DNA of 64,000 nt from Mobula hypostoma. Taxonomy: Eukaryota. Position 1 is the stretch's first letter. Each line of letters begins with the position of its first letter. Both the position numbers and the translations under genes were made by a program. Location of the stretch: contig NC_086097.1 in assembly GCF_963921235.1 (NCBI RefSeq), forward strand, positions 39,930,001-39,994,000, written 5' to 3'. Under the pieces are notes generated by a model. That model made no database searches. It was not told the origin of the DNA and saw nothing but the letters and a program-made list of their open reading frames with translations. Positions 63,890 to 64,000 of the stretch are shown in pieces.

Positions 63890-64000
63890 TACCCTCAGTA
63901 GGCACGTTATTAGATACCTCCTGTACCTAATAAAGTGCCATTGAGTGTATATTTGTGGTCCTCTGTTGCCGTAGCTCATCCACTGCAAGTTTAATGTGTT
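63890..64000 (-). mobile_element. Second Tc1-like copy, running off the window
   Basis: Reverse complement of 62735-62815, with a terminal TIR hairpin. Confidence 0.65.

Noticed and set aside
63465..63905. 146-aa minus-strand ORF
   Set aside because: It starts inside a Tc1 end and has no recognisable homology, so it cannot be supported as a CDS.

Overview
This is vertebrate nuclear DNA that looks intronic or intergenic and is dominated by transposable elements. The repeat mix (abundant CR1, Rex1/Babar-like LINEs, a V-SINE, Neptune-type Penelope elements) suggests a cartilaginous fish, probably a ray; this is an inference. I recognise no intact host gene. Most ORFs in the track are TE fragments or chance frames. 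The main structure is a Penelope-like element (PLE) family carrying a minimal hammerhead ribozyme, in three forms. First, three separate head-to-head inverted insertions (2453-5586, 24456-26520, 31314-31483), each inside one 14-16 bp target-site duplication (TSD); one arm has the ~30-43 nt 3' tail and the other lacks it. Second, single-arm or tandem older copies. Third, ~100-140 bp mini-insertions that begin at the ribozyme. The junctions suggest that both target strands primed cDNA synthesis on the same 3' region, possibly on two RNA molecules. Also present are Hero-type RLE LINE fragments, solo LTRs with TSDs, a PNMA-like Gypsy gag remnant, Harbinger, hAT and Tc1 non-autonomous elements, and a few unexplained local duplications. 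Family names come from motif recognition, not database searches. Boundaries of old decayed elements are approximate.
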